Assembly (NCBI GenBank): GCA_963705505.1
Contig: CAVPJU010000006.1
Coordinates: forward strand, 704,001 to 768,000
DNA: 64,000 nt
From: an uncultured bacterium
GTDB taxonomy: Bacteria; Desulfobacterota_D; UBA1144; Nemesobacterales; UBA2774
Direction of reading: 5' to 3'
This document shows, piece by piece, positions 50,007 to 59,557 of the stretch; the stretch's first letter is position 1; the number at the start of each line of letters is the position of its first letter. The notes beneath the pieces were generated by a model. It ran no database searches, was not told where the DNA came from, and saw nothing but the letters and a program-made list of their open reading frames with translations. Position numbers and translations under genes: made by a program.

Positions 50007-50086
50007 TATAAGTTTGCCCTGATTGCTTGAATATAAGAATTTCTCATCATTCTTGAAGCCTGAGAAAGATGAGGTTATAAATTACG

Positions 50087-50122
50087 GAGAGAAACCCCGA
50101 GAGGGGTTTCTCTCTTTTTTTT
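50087..50122 (+). terminator. Rho-independent terminator of the pal-cpoB-pal cluster
   Basis: GAGAGAAACCCC-GAGA-GGGGTTTCTCTC followed by T8. Confidence 0.9.
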
Positions 50123-50224
50123 AAGCTTTTTCGATGGTTGTTAACTTCCGGAATTACTTGACACCTTGTTATAATCCATGTTTACTACTGGCTGTTTTAA
50201 TGATTTCCTCTCCTGATTGCGGAA

Positions 50225-51514
50225 ATGGAACTCCGATTCACTAAATCGAAAAGACTGTATAAAACTGCGGAACACCTTATGCCGGGCGGTGTCAACAGCC
50301 CCGTAAGATCGTTCAATGCCGTGTCCGGCACTCCTTTATTTATATCGAGGGCCAAGGGCCCTTATATTTATGATGAGGACGGAAATAAATTCATCGATTA
50401 TATGTCCTCATGGGGCCCGCTTATACTAGGCCATGCGGAGCCTGAGGTCGTTAAAGCTATAAAGAGCGCTGCCGAAAAGGGAACTAGCTACGGAGCGCCC
50501 TGTAAAAATGAAATAGAGCTGGCCAAGCTGATAGTCAAATCCTATCCCTCTGTAGATATGGTCAGAATGACTAGCTCCGGCACGGAAGCCACGATGAGCG
50601 GAGTCCGTCTTGCAAGGGCATATACAAAAAGAGATTATATCGTTAAGTTCGAGGGCTGTTATCACGGGCACGCGGATTATCTCCTCGTTCAGGCCGGTTC
50701 CGGGGCCACGACATTCGGAACGCCCAGCAGCCCCGGCGTTCCCAAAGCCTTTACGGAAAAGACCCTATTGGCTACATATAACGATCTGGATTCCGTAAAA
50801 AGACTGTTCAATAAATACGGAGATAAAATAGCGTGTGTGATCCTGGAGCCAGTTGCCGCCAATATGGGCGTCGTCCCGCCCGGGGAAGGCTTTCTCGAAG
50901 GACTCAGGCGGATTACACATGATTCGGGCTCGCTCCTTATCTTCGACGAGGTAATAACGGGGTTCAGGCTCAGTATGGGCGGAGCTCAGAGTAAATACGG
51001 TGTTACTCCCGATATTACCTGCCTCGGGAAAATAATAGGGGGAGGACTCCCTGTAGGGGCGTTCGGCGGAAAGAAGGCGGTAATGAGCATGGTAGCCCCC
51101 ATAGGTCCAATGTATCAGGCAGGGACCCTTTCGGGGAACCCGCTCGCAATGGCTGCGGGTCTCGCAACCCTCGGAAAGCTCAAGCAGAGGGGTAATTATA
51201 GGAGGCTCGGAGAGCTATCCCTTATGCTTGTCGAGGGCCTCAGGGATATGATAAAAAGGCTGGGAATAAAGGCGACTGTCAACTCCGTCGAATCCATGTT
51301 TACGCTCTTTTTTACGGAAACGGAGCCCGTGGATTACAGGACGGTGCTGAAAAGCGATACAAAAAAGTATTCTAAATTTTTTGAAAATTTGCTCAGGGCT
51401 GGTATTATGTTTCCGCCCTCTCAGTTTGAGGCTGTTTTTCTTTCTCTGGCCCATACGGAAAAGGACGTCGATCGTACGCTTCAAGTCGTGTATAAAGCTC
51501 TTAAAGCGGTCTGA
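50225..51514 (+). CDS. hemL: Glutamate-1-semialdehyde 2,1-aminomutase
   Basis: PGGVNSPVR, SGTEATM, FDEVITGFR, GKIIGGG, YQAGTLSGNP. Confidence 0.96.
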   Translation: MELRFTKSKRLYKTAEHLMPGGVNSPVRSFNAVSGTPLFISRAKGPYIYDEDGNKFIDYMSSWGPLILGHAEPEVVKAIKSAAEKGTSYGAPCKNEIELAKLIVKSYPSVDMVRMTSSGTEATMSGVRLARAYTKRDYIVKFEGCYHGHADYLLVQAGSGATTFGTPSSPGVPKAFTEKTLLATYNDLDSVKRLFNKYGDKIACVILEPVAANMGVVPPGEGFLEGLRRITHDSGSLLIFDEVITGFRLSMGGAQSKYGVTPDITCLGKIIGGGLPVGAFGGKKAVMSMVAPIGPMYQAGTLSGNPLAMAAGLATLGKLKQRGNYRRLGELSLMLVEGLRDMIKRLGIKATVNSVESMFTLFFTETEPVDYRTVLKSDTKKYSKFFENLLRAGIMFPPSQFEAVFLSLAHTEKDVDRTLQVVYKALKAV

Positions 51515-51765
51515 GAAAACAGGGGGAACGTACTGTTAAGAGTGACGGAAAATATAAATGGCTGCCGTTTATCGCCATCGGGTTCGAGCTCGGGTTTTCG
51601 GTGATCGCGGGAATATTGCTCGGGCATTACGTCGATAAATGGGTTGGAACCAAGACTCCCTGGTTCACTATAATAGGCTTATTGGCGGGAGGTTTTGCGG
51701 GATTCAGTCTTCTATTGAGGATGTTAAAAACGGTAAATGACGGAAAGGACAGCGAGTCTAATTAA
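51511..51765 (+). CDS. AtpZ/AtpI-family (ATPase gene 1) 2-TM protein; probable CTG start
   Basis: Hand translation ...IGFELGFSVIAGILLGHYVDKWVGTKTPWFTIIGLLAG...; G.Y.D.W...PWF pattern; directly before the atpI-like gene; absent from the ORF track. Confidence 0.8.
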   Translation: MRKQGERTVKSDGKYKWLPFIAIGFELGFSVIAGILLGHYVDKWVGTKTPWFTIIGLLAGGFAGFSLLLRMLKTVNDGKDSESN

Positions 51766-52123
51766 TATACCGACCATAGGGCGAGTGGAAAGAAGCGGCT
51801 TGGCGGTAACTGCAATCTTAATGGTCGTGAACTATTTGGTGGGGTCAAAGGAGCTTGCGGTGGGGACGGCTGCCGGGGGGATTTTGTTTACCGCCAATTT
51901 CATGGCTATCAGATTCCTGGTGAACGCGCTTGTGTCGAATTCATATCCCAAGGGTTTCGGGATATTCGCATTTATAATCAAAATGGCTGTTTTTATAGCG
52001 ATAGTCGTGTGTTTATTCATTTTCGCGAAGGTGAATTTATACGGATTTTTTATCGGGGTTACCGGGGTTGTTATCGTGATCATCGGAGAAAGTTTAAGAG
52101 GGAGTAAAGATGGAACACTTTAG
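51737..52123 (+). CDS. atpI: ATP synthase protein I
   Basis: 4-TM, 128-aa protein immediately upstream of subunit a. Confidence 0.75.
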   Translation: MTERTASLINIPTIGRVERSGLAVTAILMVVNYLVGSKELAVGTAAGGILFTANFMAIRFLVNALVSNSYPKGFGIFAFIIKMAVFIAIVVCLFIFAKVNLYGFFIGVTGVVIVIIGESLRGSKDGTL

Positions 52124-52808
52124 CTGGTTTTCGCTGATGGGGCTCGGGAAATATGATTATATACTCGGCTCGATTCTGGTGCTGATTCTTCTTGCTCTGT
52201 CCGGGTTTGCAATCAAAAAAGCACTGTCGAAGGAAGATTCCGTTCTTCCCGATGAGAAGTTCTCCATCAGGAATATTTTCGAGATACTCACGATCGACTT
52301 CCTTTTTGATCTCTTTACGAATATGCTTGGCTCGAAAGAGCAGGCTAAAAAGTATTTCCCTCTCTTAGGCGCAGCTTTTTTCTTCATATTATTTGCGAAT
52401 TTTCTCGGTATCCTTCCGGGCTTCCTGCCTCCGACGGGGAACTTCAACGTCCCTGTCGCGTGCGCGCTCGTTATATTTGTCATGTATAACTTTTACGGAT
52501 TTAGAGAGAACGGGCTTGGTTATTTAAAGCATTTTGCCGGACCCGTGGTATTTTTGGCACCCCTGATGTTTATAATTGAGGTGATAAGTCATTTCGTACG
52601 CCCCGTATCGCTGTCTTTGAGGCTTTTCATGAACATTACGGGTGACCACCTGATACTGGGTGTTTTCACGAATCTGGTGCATTATATAATACCCGCTATA
52701 TTTATAGGGCTCGGCATATTTGTATCTTTTCTTCAGGCGTTTATATTTACGGTGCTCTCGGCGATATACATTTCGCTTGCTACAGCGCACGAAGCTGAAA
52801 TTGAATAA
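52110..52808 (+). CDS. atpB: F0F1 ATP synthase subunit a
   Basis: NFLGILPG, RPVSLSLRLFMN, LQAFIF. Confidence 0.95.
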   Translation: MEHFSWFSLMGLGKYDYILGSILVLILLALSGFAIKKALSKEDSVLPDEKFSIRNIFEILTIDFLFDLFTNMLGSKEQAKKYFPLLGAAFFFILFANFLGILPGFLPPTGNFNVPVACALVIFVMYNFYGFRENGLGYLKHFAGPVVFLAPLMFIIEVISHFVRPVSLSLRLFMNITGDHLILGVFTNLVHYIIPAIFIGLGIFVSFLQAFIFTVLSAIYISLATAHEAEIE

Positions 52809-52864
52809 AATTTGAACACAAAATTGAAAAATAAATGACCTACTATACAAAAGGAGGTAAAAAA

Positions 52865-53191
52865 ATGAAAACAGCACTTTCGATTCTCTCGATAATCGGA
52901 GTGGCTTTTCTTGCTGCTTTTATTCCGGATTCTGCATTCGCTCAGGAAGGAAGCGGCGGAGAGCTCACGAAGCTCGGACTTGCTCTCGGAGCGGGTTTGG
53001 GAATAGGGATCGCTGCCGGCGTGGCGGGTTTGGGCCAGGGGCGCGCAACCGCGGCTGCATTGAGCGGTATTGCGAGAAATCCGGGCGCAAGCTCGAAGAT
53101 CCTCACGCCGATGATTATCGGTCTTGCTCTCATCGAGTCTCTCGTTATTTATGCTCTTCTCATAGCATTTCTGCTGCAGGGAAAAATTTAA
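52865..53191 (+). CDS. atpE: F0F1 ATP synthase subunit c with a signal-peptide-like N-terminal extension
   Basis: GxGxG motif, ARNP loop, [11 protein letters not shown] 52865 follows AAGGAGGT. Confidence 0.95.
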   Translation: MKTALSILSIIGVAFLAAFIPDSAFAQEGSGGELTKLGLALGAGLGIGIAAGVAGLGQGRATAAALSGIARNPGASSKILTPMIIGLALIESLVIYALLIAFLLQGKI

Positions 53192-53198
53192 ACCGGGC

Positions 53199-53260
53199 GC
53201 GGGGGGTTTTCACAAACCCTCCGCATTCGGAAATGCCGGGATACTTTATTCCGGGCATTT
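53199..53260 (+). terminator. Two hairpins after atpE (terminator or mRNA stabiliser)
   Basis: GCGGGGGGTTT/AAACCCTCCGC and AAATGCC...GGCATTT inverted repeats. Confidence 0.5.
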
Positions 53261-53293
53261 GATATATTCGTCCCGCGGTATTACCATTCCACT

Positions 53294-53740
53294 ATGAAGA
53301 AAGCTGTTTTGTCCCTGGTTCTGGTTTTCGTCTTGTTCGGGTGTGGTACGACGAAAGGTTTAATTCAGAAAGACGACCAGGAATCCCTCGCAAAATCATC
53401 CGACCTTTATTACAAGCTGATAATGTGGAAGTCTTATGATAAAGCCGCCAAGTTCGTGGACCCCGAGAAGCACAAGCAGTTCGAGAGCTTCGTGCTCGCA
53501 AATCAGGAGGACCTCAACATTACGGGCTATGAGATAAAAGATATGGCCTATATTACGGAAGGCAAGCCCGACGGCAACAACAAAGAAATGGAAACCAGCG
53601 TGTGTGAGGTGAGGGTGCTTTATACATATTATAAATACCCTTCGGTCTCGGAGAAGAGCGTCATGGCGAAGGACACGTGGGTACAAATTGGAAAGTTCTG
53701 GTATATATCATCCGATTTCAATGAAGGGACTTTCAAGTAG
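53294..53740 (+). CDS. Hypothetical lipoprotein
   Basis: Lipobox LFGC. Confidence 0.7.
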   Translation: MKKAVLSLVLVFVLFGCGTTKGLIQKDDQESLAKSSDLYYKLIMWKSYDKAAKFVDPEKHKQFESFVLANQEDLNITGYEIKDMAYITEGKPDGNNKEMETSVCEVRVLYTYYKYPSVSEKSVMAKDTWVQIGKFWYISSDFNEGTFK

Positions 53741-53752
53741 ATTTATTTGAGC

Positions 53753-55123
53753 CTAATCACTCCGCTCGTCAAGCGGGTATTTTTTTGACACTATCTCTTC
53801 CGCTTCTTTTCTGTTTTTTATCTCACCTTCAAGCTGCGCTTCCTCAACGAAATTCAGTATCTCGGTGAATATGGGGCCGGGGGTATATCCCATTTCGATA
53901 AGCTCCCTGCCTCCCAAAAGCGGCTCGGGTTTTATCTCCTCGTCCTTGAACTCATCGAACTTTTTCATGATGAAGTCGTATGCTTCGGTTGAGCCGTGGC
54001 TCGCCATGCAGTCGGCAAGGTGCAGGACCAGGTGTTCTTCGAAATCGGGAGTCCCGATGAATCGCTTTAATGTGCTTTTTTTCATGTAAAACACGTCTTT
54101 AAACTTCAGATGGTCCCGCACTAGCTCATAGACGACCTCTGTCTGTTTATTCGAGAATTTGAGCCTCCTGCATATGTCAACGGACATTTCTGCCCCGAGC
54201 TTGTCGTGGCCGTTGAACCTTATTCTATCCGAAACGGAAAATGTCGGGGGTTTCCCCACATCATGCAGCAGCCCCCCCATGGCGAGCTCGGGCGATATGA
54301 TGCCCCCGGTGTTCTCGTATATCTTGTCCAGCACGAGACAAGTGTGCGTGAATACATCCCCCTCCGGGTGGAATTCGGGAGGCTGTTCCACTCCGTACAT
54401 TCGATCGACCTCGGGAAGTATATGACCGAGCAGGCCGCTTTCCCGTAGCAGCCCGAGCCCTGACCCGGGGTTCTTCTGCGTTATAATTTTTACGAGCTCG
54501 TCCCTGATTCTCTCCGCGCTCACCTGATTTATTCCCGATGCGAGTTTTTTGAGCGCATCGTGTGTACTATCCTCGAGCGCGAAACCGTATCTCGATGCGA
54601 ATCTCACGGCGCGCATGAGCCTGAGCTTATCCTCGCTGAACCTCTCAAGCGGAACGCCTATGGTCCTGATTATCCCGTCCCGTATATCGTCCATTCCGCC
54701 TACATAATCGATGGCTTTTTCCTCGATAGGGTCGTAGAGCATCCCGTTTATCGTGAAGTCCCTCCGCAGCACGTCCTCTTCTTCTTCAGTGCTGTAGGTG
54801 ACTCTGTCAGGGTGACGGCCATCGGAGTAACTCTCGTCTTTCCTGAACGTGGCGACTTCAAATCTGTAATGGCCTATGAGCACGAGGATTACGCCGAAGC
54901 TCACTCCGACCGGTATCGTGTGCGAGAATAATTTCGATACTTCATCGGGAGTGGCGCTTGTAGTTATGTCGTATTCCTTCGGAGGGACGTTCATAAGCGT
55001 GTCTCTCGTGCACCCGCCGACGCAGAACGCCTTGTACCCCGAATTCCTCAGCTGGGTGACGAGGTATTTCCCCATATCGAATAATTCGCTCTTAAACGGT
55101 TTAACTTTTACAACTTTTTTCAT
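53753..55123 (-). CDS. cca: CCA-adding enzyme / tRNA nucleotidyltransferase with HD domain
   Basis: VGGCTRD, RRDFTING, EDKLRLMRAVRF, HPEGDV, LHDVGKP. Confidence 0.88.
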   Translation of the reverse strand: MKKVVKVKPFKSELFDMGKYLVTQLRNSGYKAFCVGGCTRDTLMNVPPKEYDITTSATPDEVSKLFSHTIPVGVSFGVILVLIGHYRFEVATFRKDESYSDGRHPDRVTYSTEEEEDVLRRDFTINGMLYDPIEEKAIDYVGGMDDIRDGIIRTIGVPLERFSEDKLRLMRAVRFASRYGFALEDSTHDALKKLASGINQVSAERIRDELVKIITQKNPGSGLGLLRESGLLGHILPEVDRMYGVEQPPEFHPEGDVFTHTCLVLDKIYENTGGIISPELAMGGLLHDVGKPPTFSVSDRIRFNGHDKLGAEMSVDICRRLKFSNKQTEVVYELVRDHLKFKDVFYMKKSTLKRFIGTPDFEEHLVLHLADCMASHGSTEAYDFIMKKFDEFKDEEIKPEPLLGGRELIEMGYTPGPIFTEILNFVEEAQLEGEIKNRKEAEEIVSKKYPLDERSD

Positions 55124-55204
55124 TGTTTTAAACTCAGAGTTTTATAGTATATTTTACACTCTGTCCGGTAAAGGATATTCTAACGTAAGTATTGATTATA
55201 CCGA

Positions 55205-56212
55205 ATGAGCGAAAAGACTATACCAGAACTTCTGCAAAATCGAGTCAAGGAACACGGCACGAGACTCCTCTTCCAGCGGCGGGACGGCTGGAGCTGGAAA
55301 CAAATTACCTGGCTCGACTTCGACCGTAAAGTGAAGAACATCGCCGCTTTTCTGCTGGACCTGGGCTTCGGCAGGGGAGACCGGGCGCTCGTGGTTTCTT
55401 CAAACAGGCTCGAGGCGATCTCGGCTGAGATGGCTATCTTCCATCTCGGGGGGATCATTGTCCCCCTGTCCGCGGATGAAAGCTCGGACAGGATCGTCGG
55501 AGCGGTCAATGAGATCAATGCGAAGCTTATATTTCTCGAGCATGGAGCTTCAACGGACGGAGTTCTGGATACTCTCCACACGATGCCGGGGGTCGGCAGG
55601 GTTATAATATTCCCGGACGCAAGAATAAAAAACGACAGGGTTATCGACTTTAAAGCGGTTCTGAAATTCGGATTGATGAAAAGAAAGAAGCTTGAGGACG
55701 AGCTTGCCGGGATTTATAAAAGCATCGATCCCGAAGTCCCCTCAGCCATTTTTTTATATTCCGACACCGGACATCACACCGAAGTCTCACAGGGCGGATT
55801 AATGGAGGCGCTTCACAATGCGTCCCTCAGGTGTCCGCATCTGAGTGCCGAAGACCAGTCCTTTTCTTATCTAACGGCCGCCAGCCCCTTTGCGAAGTTC
55901 GTCAACTATCTCACCCTTTATCAGGGCAGCAGGGCTGCGGTCGCGGAAACGAGAAAGGATTTCTACCAGGATCTGGTCGAGGTAATGCCCACGGTATTAT
56001 TCGAGACGAAGGCGGGTCTCGAGAGCTTATGCGGAAAGTCTATTGCGGAATCGAACGGGCTTCCGCCTGGGAAGAAGCTGAGGATGGATATGGGAAACAG
56101 GGTTAAACATATATTTACCGATTCTCTTCCCGGGGGGGAGATCGAAAGTCTCCTGAAAAATACGGGAGCTCTCCTCGTAGAAGTACCCGAATTTAACTCT
56201 CTGCTCGGCTAA
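55205..56212 (+). CDS. Truncated, degenerate AMP-binding (long-chain acyl-CoA synthetase-like) protein
   Basis: WKQITW and GFGRGDR N-terminal ANL pattern; no intact TSGTTGxPKG motif and no C-terminal domain. Confidence 0.65.
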   Translation: MSEKTIPELLQNRVKEHGTRLLFQRRDGWSWKQITWLDFDRKVKNIAAFLLDLGFGRGDRALVVSSNRLEAISAEMAIFHLGGIIVPLSADESSDRIVGAVNEINAKLIFLEHGASTDGVLDTLHTMPGVGRVIIFPDARIKNDRVIDFKAVLKFGLMKRKKLEDELAGIYKSIDPEVPSAIFLYSDTGHHTEVSQGGLMEALHNASLRCPHLSAEDQSFSYLTAASPFAKFVNYLTLYQGSRAAVAETRKDFYQDLVEVMPTVLFETKAGLESLCGKSIAESNGLPPGKKLRMDMGNRVKHIFTDSLPGGEIESLLKNTGALLVEVPEFNSLLG

Positions 56213-57378
56213 TCTTCCGTCTCGGTCACGGAGCATCTGGCTTTCCCGCTGTTAAAATTTATCAGGACATTATCTCCGCTCCGGAGCTCTTTGGAGTCCT
56301 TTACGACTTTCATGGAAGGGATCTTGTAAGTGATGCTGTAGCCGCGGTCGAGCACCTTGAGAGGGCTCAGAGCGTCTAGCTTTCCCGCAAGCGCGCCCGT
56401 CTCCGATAGAGCGTTATCGTATTTAATCTGAAAGAGCCTCGTCATATCCGACTGCATCTGATCGATTTCCCTGGCGTGGATTTCGATACGGTTCACTAGC
56501 GCTAAAGCGATCTTTCCCTTAAGCTCCGCCAAGTCCTGAAGCAGCAGGGCCTTTTCCCTGACCACTAATTCGGCTGCATTTGAAGGGGTCGCCGCTCTTA
56601 CGTCCGCGACAAGGTCGGCAATCGTAATGTCTATTTCGTGTCCGACGGCGGATACGACCGGCACGGGGGATTTCGCAATCTCCCTCGCGAGCGCCTCGTC
56701 GTTAAAAGCCCTGAGGTCTTCCTTCGAGCCGCCCCCCCTTGCCAGGATAATGAGGTCGATCCCAGGAAGCCTGTAAAGTTTATTCAGGGCCGATATTATT
56801 TCTCTCGGGGCTTCATCTCCCTGCACCCTTGCCGGGGAGATGAGTATTTCGAGGTTCGGGAACCTCACGTCTAGGACTTTCAATATATCCTTTACGGCGG
56901 CTCCAGTGGGCGACGTGACGACTCCGATCCTTTGAGGAAGGAAGGGGAGGGGACGTTTTCTCTCCGCGTTAAATAGCCCCTCCGCGAGGAGCTTCTCTTT
57001 TAACTGTTCGAGCGCGAGGGCCTGGGCCCCGACACCCTTGGGCTCCATATCCCTCACATTTAGCTGGTAGACGCCCTGTTTCTCGTAAACCCCTACCTGT
57101 CCCGAGCAAATTACTTCCGTACCGTTCTCGGGAAGGAATTTAATCGCCTGATTGGCCCACTTGAAGCAGACCGCGGATATCTGGCTCGAGGCGTCTTTGA
57201 GAGAGAAATACCAGTGCCCGCTCGTGTAGTTGCCTTTGAAGTTGGAAATCTCGCCCACGACCCAAATGTACTCGAACCCTATGTCCTCTTCGATCGTCTC
57301 TTTAATCCTGGCGTTGAGCTCGGATACGGTATATATCTGCGATTTGAAGATTTCCTGAAAAGATATCGGGTCTTCCAT
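56209..57378 (-). CDS. xseA: Exodeoxyribonuclease VII large subunit
   Basis: GEISNF, SGHWYFSLKD, RGGGSKEDL, SAVGHE, ATPSNAAE, LSPLKVLDRGYS. Confidence 0.95.
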   Translation of the reverse strand: MEDPISFQEIFKSQIYTVSELNARIKETIEEDIGFEYIWVVGEISNFKGNYTSGHWYFSLKDASSQISAVCFKWANQAIKFLPENGTEVICSGQVGVYEKQGVYQLNVRDMEPKGVGAQALALEQLKEKLLAEGLFNAERKRPLPFLPQRIGVVTSPTGAAVKDILKVLDVRFPNLEILISPARVQGDEAPREIISALNKLYRLPGIDLIILARGGGSKEDLRAFNDEALAREIAKSPVPVVSAVGHEIDITIADLVADVRAATPSNAAELVVREKALLLQDLAELKGKIALALVNRIEIHAREIDQMQSDMTRLFQIKYDNALSETGALAGKLDALSPLKVLDRGYSITYKIPSMKVVKDSKELRSGDNVLINFNSGKARCSVTETED

Positions 57379-57457
57379 TCGGATGTAGTATTTTGGATAG
57401 GCGGGGAATAGTCAAGAAATATCGATCATTCGGGAACGGGTCTCTATCGTTCGGTTC

Positions 57458-57953
57458 TTAAAGCAGCTCCGGGTGTTTATCCGAAATAAATTCTAAGAGA
57501 AGCGGGTCGAGTTTTGCATTATGCAGGGTTTTCACGGTCGAAATCTGCTCAGGCGTCATCTTCATGCACCCGGCAAGGTCTGCGCCTTCGAGTATCGCCT
57601 CCTGGAGGTTCGCGAGTTTCAGATTAACTCCCCTGAGGTTCGCCCGAGTGAGGTCGGTTTTTATCAAATGCGCTCCTTCGAGCGTGGCACCTTCGAGATT
57701 CGCGTCTTCGAGGTTTGCACCCTCTAAGTTTGTCCCGAATAGAGTGGCTCCCTTGAGCTTCGCTCCTTTGAGGCTCGAGCCTTTACAGAAGGCGAGCTTC
57801 ATATTCGCGCCTTCGAGGTTTACTACCGCTTAGGTCGGTGCCTACGAGGTTCGCCCATGCGAGATCCGGTTTTGTGCCCGGATTAACTTCCCTCCATCTA
57901 TTCCACTCCTCCACACCTTTTTTGATTAGAGTTACGTGCTCCTGGTTTGCCAT
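57458..57953 (-). pseudogene. Pentapeptide-repeat protein interrupted by a +1 frameshift near 57824
   Basis: MANQEHVTLIKKGVEEWNRWR...PDLAWANL in one frame, A(N/D)LxG repeats in the next; 164 aa once corrected. Confidence 0.8.
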
Positions 57954-58002
57954 GTGCCGGGATTACCCTGATACTCGCATTTCGCAGCGTGCATGCTCGA
58001 TA

Positions 58003-59485
58003 CTACTTTACTCTCTTTAACGCCGGGGCTACGAGGTTTGAGTGGTATTTGCCGATCTCCCTCGCCAGCATACCGGTTACATTTTTAATATCCCACTGTG
58101 CCCCTTCGGACATCCTTAAATTTATAAGGTGATATAGCTCCCACAGGTCGAAGCTTCCGAGAACGCGCCTGTTATGTGCATTCGTCACGACGTAGCTCGC
58201 CGTTTCGGTCAGGTTTTCGTTCATCAGCTTATCGTAAAATTTTTCACTTTCATCGGCTGCCTTCACAAGCATTTCCGCGACCCCCGCTTTTTCTATATTA
58301 GGCGGGACCGTGATCCCGTGAGATACGGAGGGGTCCTTGTAAATCCAGTCCGTCTTCCTGTGGCGGAGAAGCTGGTGCCAGCAGGCTTCGCTTATGACGA
58401 ACTCTGCCTCGTAATGAACGAGCCTGAGAGCGTTTACGGGATTATCGTATTTCCCGAGCTTCTCTAGTGACTTTTTCAATATGTCGAGTTTGCTCCCGAG
58501 TCCTTGTCCATGAAGCGTCTTTTCGATCTCCTCATAGCTCGAATCCGAGTGCTCGAAGAGTATGGCTCCGATCATTTTATCGATGGCCGCTTCTTCGGGG
58601 TTTGGGGAGCCCTTGCCCGTCCAGTCTAGTAGATTAACGCGAGGGTTCGTTTGTTTGCTCAGGCGTGTTCCGCTCGAGTATCGTGTTTGAAATTTTTGCG
58701 AGCTCTTCCCTGGTTTCTGTGATGTACTTATTTTCATTCGCGTACTTTACGAGCGTCGGTACGGAGAACCGCACTTCATCCTTTATTTCCTGCGCCCTCT
58801 TCCTGACCTCGGCGTATTTATTCGACAGGAGCTTCGTTAGTGAGTCCTCGATCGCCCTCGCATTTGCGGTCATTCCGAGGTTGGTGAAGGTCGCGAGGCT
58901 GAGCGCGTACCTGGCGTCTTCGAAGGCGACCTTTTCGAGCGCCCTCAAATGCGCCTTCTCGTCCGTCCCTCCGGGCGCCGGTACGGTTCTCTTTAAATGC
59001 TCGAAGAGCCTTTCATTGAGCGAGGAGTATACGGTGTAAAGGCCGTCATTGAGATTAACGTACTCTTGCCTGAGTGTGGGGAATCGGTCGAGCTCCCCGG
59101 GCACATAAAAATCCCCTCTCGAAGGCTTCTGATACCTCTGTGAGTACTCCGTGAAAGAGATGTATTCATTTGATAGCTCCAGCATCGACGAGAAGAGTCG
59201 GGACACCCTCTCGATACCCACGTGCACGGCAGCGTGCTCGGCAACGGAGGCGTGCCCGTAGTTGAGCACCCATTTCTCGTGGAACTTCGATGCCCTTTCC
59301 TGTCCGAGCTGTTCTTCCTGAATGACCGCGCCAATATTATCCCGGAAGCTCTTGGGGCTTCTGCTTACATAGGCGAATATTACGGCGATTACCTCTTCGG
59401 GGATATTGCTGACCGTATAGATGTCCCTGTCTGTATTGGATACGTATCTTTTGATTTCGGTAGTGTGCGGTTTTTCCTCAGCCAT
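58003..59485 (-). CDS. thyX: FAD-dependent thymidylate synthase, tandem-domain type, split by a +1 frameshift at 58643-58645
   Basis: YGHASVAEHA and TEYSQRY in the first ORF, HQLLRHR and LRMSEGAQWDI in the second; deleting one C gives 493 aa. Confidence 0.85.
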
Positions 59486-59557
59486 TATTCTCCTCGGAAT
59501 GTCCGGTGATTTATTGTCACGGATGGGGTTCAGGAGTCCTTATTATACCGGCATCAG

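Noticed and set aside
51511..53191. ATP synthase operon lacking b, delta and F1 genes
   Set aside because: Split atp operons are common in many lineages, so this is not unusual
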